Shown here: in pieces, positions 15,313-24,274 of the stretch
Numbering within the stretch: position 1 is the first letter of the stretch
Layout: the number at the start of each line of letters is the position of its first letter
Virus record (IMG/VR): IMGVR_UViG_3300042465_002800
Location: 1 to 42,003 of that record
DNA length: 42,003 nt
Reading direction: 5' to 3' (one strand)
From: a virus
Taxonomy: Duplodnaviria > Caudoviricetes
The notes under the pieces: model-generated
What the model was told of the DNA's origin: nothing
Seen by the model: the letters and a program-made list of their open reading frames with translations, nothing else
The model's database searches: none
Position numbers and translations under genes: made by a program

Positions 15313-17592
15313 CTACTTAACAATGCTTAACTTTGTAATAGATTCAGGTTCTACCATACGCCTTAATTCTGATTTGCTAAACTCAATCATCTCAGGCGCA
15401 CAAAATATATGCTTGGCCGTGGTGTAATCTCTCGATGATAATCGGCCTTTATCTATCCAGCCAGCTTCTTTTAAAGCATGCAGAAAAGCTGGCTGGGGTA
15501 TCTTAGTGCCACTCATACTGGATAAGCGCTCGCAAACTGCATGGAATGGCGATGCTACCACGCCATTTGCAAACTCCCCAACACGCAAGCGCATTAAATC
15601 TACCAGATACGACTCAGCGCTCGACATACCTTGCTCAACAAGGTTAAGCTTAAATTCAGTCATCATAGGTGCAGCACTGGGGTTGAACTTCGACACATCA
15701 CGCAAAGTCAACCATGACGCAATGGCCTCATAGCCTCCGCTTTTAAACCACGCCCACATAGTTTGCGCTTTATCTGGACACATACGCGGGGCATGCGACC
15801 ACACGCAAAACCATCGTCTGTCTTGGCTCTCAAGTTGAATCGGCACTGGATCGTTACTAAACGCCAACACGAACACACGGTTAAGCATATCGTATGGGTG
15901 CAAGCCTTTACGATTAATCGTCAAAGTCTCAGGAGGCGCGGCAATGATCGGTTTTAGTTTGTTAGCCAACGCGCGGCGCTCTTTAGCGTCAACTTCTTTC
16001 AGCTCGTTAAGTATCAGTATCTCAGACTCTAAAGCATAACCGAACGCGCTTGTAATGTTTGAACTATCCACTAGGCCACGATTTTTTAAATGATGACCGC
16101 AAACTGCCCATATAAAAGGCGCATACATGGTATCTTTACCCGCACCTTGATCGCCGCCATGTAAGATCGCATGGTTGATCTTAACTTCGGGATGTTGCAC
16201 TTTATACGCCATGACGTTGAAAATATGCTCTAATTCACCCACGTTAGGTACAAGGTGTTTACAATGCTCTAACCATGCCGTTACACTACCTGCACGATGA
16301 TCGGGCCTTGCATCACGCCAACGATTGCCGTACAGATCGCCATCAAGGGTGGTTATAACACTTTCACCTGCTGCATAGGTTATGCCGACAAGTGTTTTAG
16401 CACCCATAGCCTGTCTATTCTCGTCATAGCAACTGGCGGCTTCTATCTTGCGGCCATTATGGATCGACTTACAATCGACATGCTTATATAAAGCATTAAA
16501 AGATGATCGGCTAATTTCACGCCGTGATTCAAGGTCAAAATAGGTTTCGTCTTGAATGACATATGCAAAACGGCTATACCATTCCTGCTTTTCAATACGC
16601 CCAAGCTCTTTGCGCTCGACTGCTGCAACGATGTCATCAGCGTCATGGGTAAACATGTCAGAGGGTTCTAGTTTGGCTAACGTGTCATTCATAACCGATG
16701 CTAACAGTTCATCACGCAAACCATGATGATGCTTAGGCCCGCCTTCTGCCTGCACCCACTCAAGGAAGCCTTTACTGTCTAAGTGCTGACAAGACTCATG
16801 GAAGCACATGTAGGAGCGGTTCAAGGGATGATAACGCGCCATTGAGTTACCGTCCGAGTGAGCGGAAGCGTTGATACACGTTACACCTACCCAGCCTTCA
16901 CCATTGGCAGGCTCGATGACATCACCACGGGCGACAAGCCAAGTCAGCACGTCATCTTTGCCATCATCAATTAAATCGATACGCTTAACGCTGGCTGTGT
17001 CTGCCTCAGCAGGATGAACTCCTAACGCGTTACAGATTTGCGGTAAGCTGAACTCCAAGTCAGGATTGAACGACACTAACCTAGACTTAAAATCACCTTT
17101 AGTAGGCTTAAGATTGACACTATCAGGAAGCCTGAAATTACGAATGGGGTTAATAGCCCCAGCATCAGTATACCCCGCAATAGCAATAGCTTTAATAGCT
17201 GCACTGAATTTTCCCTTTGTTGGTTGATCGTCAAGACTGAATACATACCCGTACTGCATATTACCGGGTGAAGTTTCCATAATCCAAGTAGGTGCTAGAT
17301 CAGGTACTTTAGATTTAGTACCAACATCATCCAACATTAAAAATGCCACCATTTCGCAATTAGCGGCAGAAGCGGCAGGTTTGCCATCTTTAAAACGGTT
17401 GATTATAAATGAAGCAGTATTGCAGTAAGTTGCCCCTGAATGTTTAAATTTTTCAGGTAAAAAGGCAGGCCAGCTATACTGCTGCGCCCCATCTTTATGG
17501 AATAGGTTAGGTTTAGGAATTTGTTTAACAAATAATACTGTCTCACCTACAGGCGCAGTGTTAATTAAGAAATCTATAAATTTATTATTCAT
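15313..17592 (-). CDS. Primase-helicase (RepB/AEP-like primase, Zn finger, NrS-1/DUF5906-type SF3 helicase)
   Basis: LDDVGTK..WIMETSPGNMQYGY; C..AH/CFHESC; Walker A GDQGAGKD, LILNE, FSN, DRRW. Confidence 0.85.
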   Translation of the reverse strand: MNNKFIDFLINTAPVGETVLFVKQIPKPNLFHKDGAQQYSWPAFLPEKFKHSGATYCNTASFIINRFKDGKPAASAANCEMVAFLMLDDVGTKSKVPDLAPTWIMETSPGNMQYGYVFSLDDQPTKGKFSAAIKAIAIAGYTDAGAINPIRNFRLPDSVNLKPTKGDFKSRLVSFNPDLEFSLPQICNALGVHPAEADTASVKRIDLIDDGKDDVLTWLVARGDVIEPANGEGWVGVTCINASAHSDGNSMARYHPLNRSYMCFHESCQHLDSKGFLEWVQAEGGPKHHHGLRDELLASVMNDTLAKLEPSDMFTHDADDIVAAVERKELGRIEKQEWYSRFAYVIQDETYFDLESRREISRSSFNALYKHVDCKSIHNGRKIEAASCYDENRQAMGAKTLVGITYAAGESVITTLDGDLYGNRWRDARPDHRAGSVTAWLEHCKHLVPNVGELEHIFNVMAYKVQHPEVKINHAILHGGDQGAGKDTMYAPFIWAVCGHHLKNRGLVDSSNITSAFGYALESEILILNELKEVDAKERRALANKLKPIIAAPPETLTINRKGLHPYDMLNRVFVLAFSNDPVPIQLESQDRRWFCVWSHAPRMCPDKAQTMWAWFKSGGYEAIASWLTLRDVSKFNPSAAPMMTEFKLNLVEQGMSSAESYLVDLMRLRVGEFANGVVASPFHAVCERLSSMSGTKIPQPAFLHALKEAGWIDKGRLSSRDYTTAKHIFCAPEMIEFSKSELRRMVEPESITKLSIVK

Positions 17593-18092
17593 GCTACTGC
17601 CCTGTGTGAATGTAATTGTTCTTCTGCTTGTTTTCTAGCTGAGATAGCCTCATTTAAATCTTTAAATCGACCTAAACTATGGGTAATATGGTTAACAGTT
17701 ATCTGCGCGCGCCATCCTTCAGCCAAGGAATCCCAATAAATACCTTTAACACCTGAAGTATTATTCACCCTTATTTTAGTATTTTGACTATTTTGAGAAT
17801 CAGTAACTTCTCTCAAATTTGCAATTTGGTTATCATGCCTTACCCTATTTATATGGTCTAATTGACCTAAAGGCCAAACATCAAACATGTAAAACCAAGC
17901 TAATCTATGCGCTAAATAATCTTTTTTATTAATACAAATATAAACGTATCCAGTAGCAATATGCAAATGCCCTGCCTGAGTGCCTGATAACGCGCAATAA
18001 TTTCTATCAACATTATTAGTGAATATCCCTGTGTCAGGATCGTAATGTAATAATTCTTTTAATTGAGATTGTGCTAAACTAGATGAAGCCAT
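17589..18092 (-). CDS. HNH endonuclease with C-terminal AP2 domain (homing-endonuclease type)
   Basis: LHYDPDTG, AHRLAW, DHINRVRHDN...NLR, NNTSGVKGI.W, WRAQI, LGRF. Confidence 0.92.
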   Translation of the reverse strand: MASSSLAQSQLKELLHYDPDTGIFTNNVDRNYCALSGTQAGHLHIATGYVYICINKKDYLAHRLAWFYMFDVWPLGQLDHINRVRHDNQIANLREVTDSQNSQNTKIRVNNTSGVKGIYWDSLAEGWRAQITVNHITHSLGRFKDLNEAISARKQAEEQLHSHRAVA

Positions 18093-18122
18093 AATCGTTT
18101 CCTGTTTAAATGATTTGGGTTA

Positions 18123-18158
18123 AAAAAGGTAATCTCTTTCTCGGGGGATTGCCTTTTT
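18123..18158. terminator. Intrinsic terminator-like hairpin between polA and HNH
   Basis: AAAAAGGTAATCTC...GGGATTGCCTTTTT. Confidence 0.6.
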
Positions 18159-18179
18159 GTTTTTGGGCTTATCAGTATA

Positions 18180-20066
18180 CTACTTAGAATACCTTTCCAT
18201 AGTATTTATTTCTACATCCAGCGGCAAACCACTACACCATGACGGTGCGGTACACATAACTTCTACCATACGGGATGATATTTTTTCAGCTTCTTCTTTT
18301 TTACATTCCACGATAATTTCATCATGCACTGTGGCTATAATTTGTATTCCTTCCAATGAAAGAACTCTAAGTGAATGACGAAGTAAATCATTAGCGGTTG
18401 CTTGAGCGCAGTTTTCTTGTGCAATACCTTGCCACAGTCTAGCTCTAGGCCATTCTTCGGCATCAGCTGTAGGTTTAAACGCGGCTTTTAAATATGTTAC
18501 TGACCCATCATCTATACGCGCAAAGGGATAACATAACACTCGACCTGACGGTAAAATATACCAGAGGTGATTACCATCAAAAAGGTAAGTTACTCGACCA
18601 GCCGAGAACTCATGCCCCTTGTGACGCATGGCGCTCATGTAAGCACGTTCCATATCTTGACCGTAAGGCATCATCCACGGATTAGCAATGCGCCACCCAT
18701 TAATCATGCGTTTGATTTGGTGTTCAGGCATCTCAAGACCGTAAATCCTAGCCATCGATGCAAATGCACCAGCTCCACCCGAGTACCCTAAGGCCAACTC
18801 TTGCACCTTACCGATGAAACGTTGATCTTTGGTGACTTCTTTTGTATTGAAAGTTGACTTAGCGTTCTCAACATACACATCACCACCGGATCGGAAGATG
18901 TCCAGCTTTGCTTCCGAGGCCACATGATTAGATAACCAGGGATTATATCTTGCTTCAATACCTGCCCAATCAGCCACAACTAAAACATTGCCCGATGCTG
19001 GAATAATAGCAGGCCGTATCATGCCCTTCAGCACGTCTGTCACACGACTGCCGAACGCACCAAGATCACCACCAGACATCATAGCGGAACGCACCGCAAC
19101 AGGGTCTTTAGCACACACACGAGCCATGTTCTGTAGCTGAACGCCATACGATGAAGCACGGCCAGTAGCAGAGCCACCGTTAAAGACAAACGCACCGCGG
19201 ACGCGGTGATCTACAACATCAGCCAGCTCACCCATGCGCTTGAACTTAGCCACGGAGGAAGCACTAATGTCATCAATACATTGCACGACATCTAATACTT
19301 CATCAGGCAGGTCAAGTTGCAGTAACGCAGTACGGACATTTTTGTTGAGTGACAACTTATCCTCAACCATCATCAGTTCAGGATCAATACGCTCAGCAAC
19401 CCACTGTTTAAGCTTTGGCGATCTAGCCGAGCTAATACCCGTTATATCTTTCACTAACGTCTGGATGTCCTCCAGTTCAGCCGTAGCGTAACCAATAGCC
19501 GCATGGCACAACGGCACGTCAATCAGCAAACCCCTATCATTGATGCGCTCATTAATATGATAGTCCAGCAGTTCATCAGCATCTAACTGACGTAGCGCCA
19601 GACTAATTTCACGCATAGCCCGTACGTCTTGCTCACAATAATGAATCAGCTCAGGAAGCAACGCAGTATTATAAGGAGGAACGCAACACTGGCGGATCAA
19701 CTGTTTGCCTCGGTGATCTTTCTTCATTTTAGCGGACATAGCCCTGCCAATATCTTCCAGACTACCGGGGAGGCAGTTAGCCCTAGCTTGGGTAGCTGTG
19801 CAGTAGAACTGTTCCAGCTTAAAGTTAATGCCTAACACATACCAGAAGATTAGGCGCTCAAAGGTAGCGTTATGCGCCCTTATGCTCCATTTGTAATTTC
19901 TGACAGCATCAGGGAATGGTTGATCCGGTGTCCAAGTCTGGACATCGCTAGTATCAAACGCATAAGACATGCACAACACCTCAGTGCTTCTGTCTTGCGC
20001 GTAATTATAAACCCCATGCTTCTTCAAGTCACAGGCGCTCTTTGTTTCAAAATCGATAAATAGCAT
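18180..20066 (-). CDS. polA: Family A DNA polymerase with 3'-5' exonuclease
   Basis: ExoI DFET, AHNATFE, TGRASS..QLQN, motif A DWAGIEAR, motif B RFIGKVQELALGY, motif C VHDE. Confidence 0.95.
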   Translation of the reverse strand: MLFIDFETKSACDLKKHGVYNYAQDRSTEVLCMSYAFDTSDVQTWTPDQPFPDAVRNYKWSIRAHNATFERLIFWYVLGINFKLEQFYCTATQARANCLPGSLEDIGRAMSAKMKKDHRGKQLIRQCCVPPYNTALLPELIHYCEQDVRAMREISLALRQLDADELLDYHINERINDRGLLIDVPLCHAAIGYATAELEDIQTLVKDITGISSARSPKLKQWVAERIDPELMMVEDKLSLNKNVRTALLQLDLPDEVLDVVQCIDDISASSVAKFKRMGELADVVDHRVRGAFVFNGGSATGRASSYGVQLQNMARVCAKDPVAVRSAMMSGGDLGAFGSRVTDVLKGMIRPAIIPASGNVLVVADWAGIEARYNPWLSNHVASEAKLDIFRSGGDVYVENAKSTFNTKEVTKDQRFIGKVQELALGYSGGAGAFASMARIYGLEMPEHQIKRMINGWRIANPWMMPYGQDMERAYMSAMRHKGHEFSAGRVTYLFDGNHLWYILPSGRVLCYPFARIDDGSVTYLKAAFKPTADAEEWPRARLWQGIAQENCAQATANDLLRHSLRVLSLEGIQIIATVHDEIIVECKKEEAEKISSRMVEVMCTAPSWCSGLPLDVEINTMERYSK

Positions 20067-20070
20067 GGCT

Positions 20071-20091
20071 AAAAAAGGCCCTTTCGGGCCT
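20071..20091 (-). terminator. Intrinsic terminator after SSB-like gene
   Basis: Minus strand AGGCCC-GAAA-GGGCCT followed by T-run. Confidence 0.6.
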
Positions 20092-20100
20092 CCTCCTTAA

Positions 20101-20733
20101 CTAGACTGAGCGCCTACGTCTACCAGACTCAGCTGGTACACCATCTTCATCTTTTTCTTCACCTTCCAAGCCCACCCAAGTAACCACTTCAAACACAGGA
20201 GTGTAAATCTTACCGTACGCTTTGTGCTGGTAAAATTCTTTCTTGAGATTGATGACTGGCACTGGCTTACCTTGATCTTCATCAACTTGCGTAGCAATTG
20301 CAACTGCAAGAGTCTGTACTGAACGCTTACCGCCTACCGAAGTAGTTGAGTAACGAACTTCCAAACCTTTGTCTTCACCGGACAAGCATTTTAAGCTCAT
20401 GCCGACTTGGGTTTCCCATCCACGCTTACCGCCAGCAGGTGCAGCATCAAGTTCAGGCAATGGTTGAGTGATGCCCACCATCTTTTCACCTAAAACTTCA
20501 CCTTCACCCCAGCAAATAAAGCCGTGAACAAAAGAGAACGGATTAACCGCCCATGTAGAATCAGACTCTACTTCAGATTCACCTGCACCAAACACCCAAT
20601 GACCAGTACGATCCATTTTAAGGATTGCCGAGCCCGCAGTACCACCGACTTCCGTTTCTAAAGAACGAAGCGCAGATGATAGTGAAGTAACAGAAGGAAG
20701 GTTAGAACCAGAGAACGCAACTAAATTTGACAT
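20101..20733 (-). CDS. Putative single-stranded DNA-binding protein
   Basis: Lies between Cas4-like nuclease and polA, the usual slot for SSB in this module; aromatic/beta-rich core, acidic tail. Confidence 0.6.
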   Translation of the reverse strand: MSNLVAFSGSNLPSVTSLSSALRSLETEVGGTAGSAILKMDRTGHWVFGAGESEVESDSTWAVNPFSFVHGFICWGEGEVLGEKMVGITQPLPELDAAPAGGKRGWETQVGMSLKCLSGEDKGLEVRYSTTSVGGKRSVQTLAVAIATQVDEDQGKPVPVINLKKEFYQHKAYGKIYTPVFEVVTWVGLEGEEKDEDGVPAESGRRRRSV

Positions 20734-20744
20734 TTTAATATACC

Positions 20745-21851
20745 TTATTGAAGTTTAGTGAGGGCTACTTTTAATTGTTGCCCGATAAGTAACACAGCCG
20801 GACGAGGATCGTCCACATGTGCCATAGTGCTACCTGACGAGATAGAAATGGTTGATCCTTCTGGCAGGGGCTGTTTAAGCTTCTTGAGCTTCTTTTCAGC
20901 CTGTGCAGGAGAGATAAACGATGATTCCATCACATCAGATTCTGTTAAGCCAGTTGCAAGTAAAGCTTTCTTAGCCTCAACTTCATCTGACCATTTGCGT
21001 GTTGCACGTTTCGCAACAAGCTTGTAATTCGGTAAATCACGACCTGATTCTAGCATAGTGAACGCTAAAGCCCGCAAGTCTTTTATCCATTCTTCCAGAA
21101 TCTCAGCGTTCTGAAGGTACGCATCTATAGTAGGCGCATCAATAGCATCTATCTTTACCTTCAGAGCGCGATCAACTGCACCTGTCATTAGTGGGCAGGT
21201 AGGCTTTGCTGCACACCATTTACAATGACTACCCTCACGGAGGGGCGCATCAATCTTAGCCGCGGCATTAACAGCACTTAACAGTTGCTGTTCAAACGCT
21301 TTGATGCGTTCTATCGTAGTGACCCAACGCTTAATCATTGGAGGCTGGATAATGATTAGCTCGACTTCTTGTACATCCTTAAACGCCCATTGCGCTTTCT
21401 CAGTCCTCATTGCCGCTGCCGCGTAGAACATTAGCTGTTCGTTTTCTATCGCCTCTACGATGACACCATTGCCAAACTTCCAATCCAATACAATAGCGCG
21501 GTTATCCAAACGACCAAGCAAATCACAGCTACCAAAAACGTCAGGAATGAAATCACCGAAACCGACTTCAACCTCGACTGCATAGTCCATACCAAATTCG
21601 GGATCAACTTCATTAAGCAACTCCAGTGCGACAGAATATTTGTCGTCAATTAGGTCTTGCGTCAGTATATCATTAGCAATAGGTTTTTTTCCATCCGCAA
21701 GCCATTCAGCAATGGTGTTATGAAGAAGTGTACCTTCTTCAGCGTAAGAGCTGGAAGGCTTTTCAGGTGCAGCATTACATAGTGCAACACTACCGGGGCA
21801 GTTGATAACACGTTTAGCAGTAGAACCGCCAACAATCTTTGAGTGTGCCAT
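20745..21851 (-). CDS. Cas4-like / DUF2800-type PD-(D/E)xK exonuclease
   Basis: CPGS, GTLLH, GSCD..LDWKFG, QLMFYA, CKWC.....C (1+3 Cys Fe-S pattern). Confidence 0.88.
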   Translation of the reverse strand: MAHSKIVGGSTAKRVINCPGSVALCNAAPEKPSSSYAEEGTLLHNTIAEWLADGKKPIANDILTQDLIDDKYSVALELLNEVDPEFGMDYAVEVEVGFGDFIPDVFGSCDLLGRLDNRAIVLDWKFGNGVIVEAIENEQLMFYAAAAMRTEKAQWAFKDVQEVELIIIQPPMIKRWVTTIERIKAFEQQLLSAVNAAAKIDAPLREGSHCKWCAAKPTCPLMTGAVDRALKVKIDAIDAPTIDAYLQNAEILEEWIKDLRALAFTMLESGRDLPNYKLVAKRATRKWSDEVEAKKALLATGLTESDVMESSFISPAQAEKKLKKLKQPLPEGSTISISSGSTMAHVDDPRPAVLLIGQQLKVALTKLQ

Positions 21852-21960
21852 TAATTTATTCTCGTTTCGTTTAAAGTGAGTTCATTATTTCACAAAAAAA
21901 TATATTGTACAAATCTTTTTTACAGTGGTAAGCTGTCACCTCACTAAACGAGAGATCAAT
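21852..21960. promoter_or_regulatory. Divergent promoter region with shared palindromic TTGTACAA -35 and mirrored CTCAC..AAACGAGA leaders
   Basis: TTGTAC-18-TAAGCT rightward and TTGTAC-17-AATAAT leftward; strand switch of gene blocks. Confidence 0.55.
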
Positions 21961-22248
21961 ATGCTAGAACGTGACATTGAAAAGCATTTCAAATGGGTAG
22001 TTGATGTACACGGAGGCAAGACCTTCAAGTTTACTTCACCTACCCAGCGAGGTGTAGCTGATCGGATTGCTTGTCTAGCAGATGGAAGCTGTTGGTTTGT
22101 CGAATTAAAAACAAAAGGCGGACGCTTATCGGAATTACAAAAATTATTTGCACAAGAAATGATAAGGCTTAATCAAAACTACGCCTGTCTTTGGACAGTC
22201 GAGCAGATTGATAATTGGGCCTTAGAGTATTTGGGGACTCACACTTAG
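21961..22248 (+). CDS. VRR-NUC domain nuclease
   Basis: MLERDIE, KFTSP..RGVADRI, FVELKTKGGRLSELQ; start set at ATG 21961. Confidence 0.9.
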   Translation: MLERDIEKHFKWVVDVHGGKTFKFTSPTQRGVADRIACLADGSCWFVELKTKGGRLSELQKLFAQEMIRLNQNYACLWTVEQIDNWALEYLGTHT

Positions 22249-22257
22249 GATAATGAA

Positions 22258-22431
22258 ATGATAGATCAAGATATAGATTGGCTGTATGAACAAGTAGTAA
22301 AAGGTGGGTTTAAACGTCCAACTGACAAGCAGGAAGATGAATTTGATTACTTAGTCAGCCGTTACAAACGCATGAACGGCTTAACCACAGCTTCAGCTAG
22401 AACTAAGGCTTTTAAAGAGGTTATGGTATGA
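22258..22431 (+). CDS. Hypothetical protein (57 aa)
   Basis: Manual translation MIDQDIDWLYE...KEVMV; AGGA RBS; ATGA overlap with next gene. Confidence 0.65.
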   Translation: MIDQDIDWLYEQVVKGGFKRPTDKQEDEFDYLVSRYKRMNGLTTASARTKAFKEVMV

Positions 22432-22640
22432 CGACTAGGATGGTTGGAGGGGATCATTATTTGTTACCCATTCAACCCGTTGTTTACATCCATGCCAACA
22501 AATTACCGTACATGGAAGGTAACATCGTAAAGTACATCACGCGTCATCGAAGTAAGAATGGCGCAGAAGACATTAAAAAAATCATACACTACTGTGAACT
22601 AATCTTGGAGCTAGACTATGCACACAAAGACGCAACGTGA
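22428..22640 (+). CDS. DUF3310 / SaV-like nucleotide-binding protein
   Basis: VGGDHY..IQP, EGNIVKYITR...KNGAEDIKK..HY. Confidence 0.85.
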   Translation: MTTRMVGGDHYLLPIQPVVYIHANKLPYMEGNIVKYITRHRSKNGAEDIKKIIHYCELILELDYAHKDAT

Positions 22641-23097
22641 CGAATTACAACGGCAAAGAAGCTTTGCCTACTACGACAAGAATCGAATCGCTATCAATGA
22701 GCGTGTCCGATTGAAACGCCTGAATACGCGCTTAAGTGTAGATGGTATCCGACCTATCGCGCAATTTAACATCACCAAGAAAGAAATACTAACGCTGATC
22801 GGTATTAAAGCCTTAACGCTCGACAAGATCGTCAAAGACGCGCGTTATTGTATGCCTAAGCACACCAGCACTCACATGGACGGAACAGTGCTGTATAACC
22901 GCGCTGAGATCATGGACTGGCTACCGTACATAAGAGAAGTCTGCGCGTTCATGTATAAACGTCCGGTCATTAAGATTACCGGAATGTCTGCACAGATCGT
23001 CCAGTTCATGCACCGCAGTAAGGACATGGAACTGTACTGCAATGAAGCTAGACGCAGAAAGATGGACGGGAGGATTAACAATGGCGCGAGATATTGA
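22618..23097 (+). CDS. Putative DNA-binding protein with AlpA/excisionase-like HTH
   Basis: KKEILTLIGIK..TL.......MPK....VLYNRAEIMDW pattern. Confidence 0.55.
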   Translation: MHTKTQRDELQRQRSFAYYDKNRIAINERVRLKRLNTRLSVDGIRPIAQFNITKKEILTLIGIKALTLDKIVKDARYCMPKHTSTHMDGTVLYNRAEIMDWLPYIREVCAFMYKRPVIKITGMSAQIVQFMHRSKDMELYCNEARRRKMDGRINNGARY

Positions 23098-23329
23098 TTA
23101 CTCTTTAATTCTTCAAGTGCTTTACAGCAAAGGATATAGCCTTGCCGACATAGCAAGAAAAACAGGCGCAGCAATGAGTACCTTGTCCACGGTAAAGCAG
23201 GAAACTAAACCTGTACCTGTCGGCTGGCATGATGGTTGGGAGGGTATGGCAATGCAAGACTACTACCGTAAAGCGGTAGGTGAAACACCTCCCAGAGTGG
23301 GAGATTATATCGAGGTGAATGATGAGTAA
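23081..23329 (+). CDS. HTH DNA-binding protein
   Basis: GYSLADIARKTGAAMSTLS; start at ATG 23081 after GGAGG. Confidence 0.65.
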   Translation: MARDIDYSLILQVLYSKGYSLADIARKTGAAMSTLSTVKQETKPVPVGWHDGWEGMAMQDYYRKAVGETPPRVGDYIEVNDE

Positions 23330-23648
23330 AGAAAGAGAATTGTTAAGAAGAATATCAAGCCATAGTGGTACTAAAATGGATGCCCATTTTATTTACGAAC
23401 TACAAGAACTCCTCGCCCAACCTGAGCAGACTGAGCCTCTTTTAGCAGAAACAAAGATTGAATGGTATGGGAAAGGGTTTAGACAAGGGGTCAATGAGTT
23501 TGCACCACCCAAACCCTTAACAGAAGATGTTATATATGCTCTTGATAAAGAAGGGATTGTTGAAAATATGGACGATCATCAAGTCAGATACGTCATTAGA
23601 TGGATAAGAAGCGTAGAAAAAGCACACGGCATTAGAGGTGGGAAATGA
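23319..23648 (+). CDS. Hypothetical protein, MSKERELL...ELLAQPEQ...EKxHGI family, paralogue 1
   Basis: Shares start, middle and end blocks with next ORF. Confidence 0.7.
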   Translation: MMSKERELLRRISSHSGTKMDAHFIYELQELLAQPEQTEPLLAETKIEWYGKGFRQGVNEFAPPKPLTEDVIYALDKEGIVENMDDHQVRYVIRWIRSVEKAHGIRGGK

Positions 23649-23762
23649 GTAAAGAAAGAGAGCTACTTGAAAGATGGGTTAGTCAGTTTGGAAATTTACG
23701 CCATGATTTTAATCTTCTTACTGAAACCAAAGAACTCCTCGCCCAACCTGAGCAGACTGAGC
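23404..23762 (+). repeat. 33-bp exact direct repeat (23404..23436 and 23730..23762)
   Basis: AAGAACTCCTCGCCCAACCTGAGCAGACTGAGC twice. Confidence 0.9.
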
Positions 23763-23959
23763 AAGAGCCTAAGGGTTATGTAATTTACAAGCCCAAAGGT
23801 AGCAAGGAAGAAGAAATAATACCACTCTACACATCACCACCAAAACGTGAGCCATTAACATCAAAACTTATAAGTCTAGGTAATAATTGCCATGAGTCTT
23901 TTATAAAGGGTATTAGATTTGCAGAGAAAATGCACGGCATTGGAGGTGGGGAAGAATGA
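23645..23959 (+). CDS. Hypothetical protein, MSKERELL family, paralogue 2
   Basis: As above; contains PLYTSPP. Confidence 0.7.
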   Translation: MSKERELLERWVSQFGNLRHDFNLLTETKELLAQPEQTEQEPKGYVIYKPKGSKEEEIIPLYTSPPKREPLTSKLISLGNNCHESFIKGIRFAEKMHGIGGGEE

Positions 23960-24159
23960 AAATGAAATATCCATTACCAAATGAAAACGCCCGCTGTCTT
24001 GGTAGCAACTGCGATAAGAAGCAAGACTGTCAGCGTCATCTTACTATTGAGATAGACACCAAAGATTACATGTGGCACATGGACGCAAAGAAAGAATTAA
24101 AAGAACTTGAGTGTACCCTATTTATAGATTGGCGCAACGCGCATGAATATGAACATTAA
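23956..24159 (+). CDS. Small Cys-rich hypothetical protein
   Basis: C....C....C.R...C pattern; ATGA coupling. Confidence 0.65.
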   Translation: MKMKYPLPNENARCLGSNCDKKQDCQRHLTIEIDTKDYMWHMDAKKELKELECTLFIDWRNAHEYEH

Positions 24160-24274
24160 ACCTAGAATTAAACGTGTAGGTAATATGTGGCTGTGCATTG
24201 GGCCTTATGAGATTAAAGGTTTTGGAAGCACTCCGTGTAAAGCCTACTTGAACTGGACAAGGCAATGGTTTTAA
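24143..24274 (+). CDS. Hypothetical protein (43 aa, KPRIKRVGNMWLC...G.TP.KAY..W)
   Basis: Manual translation filling gap before helicase. Confidence 0.55.
   Translation: MNMNIKPRIKRVGNMWLCIGPYEIKGFGSTPCKAYLNWTRQWF

Noticed and set aside
20745-21851. CRISPR-Cas system suggested by Cas4-like gene
   Set aside because: No repeat-spacer array or other cas genes; this nuclease is a standard part of the PolA-SSB replication module
22618-23329. Lysogeny module (excisionase/repressor)
   Set aside because: HTH-like motifs only; no integrase, att site or divergent cI/cro arrangement visible
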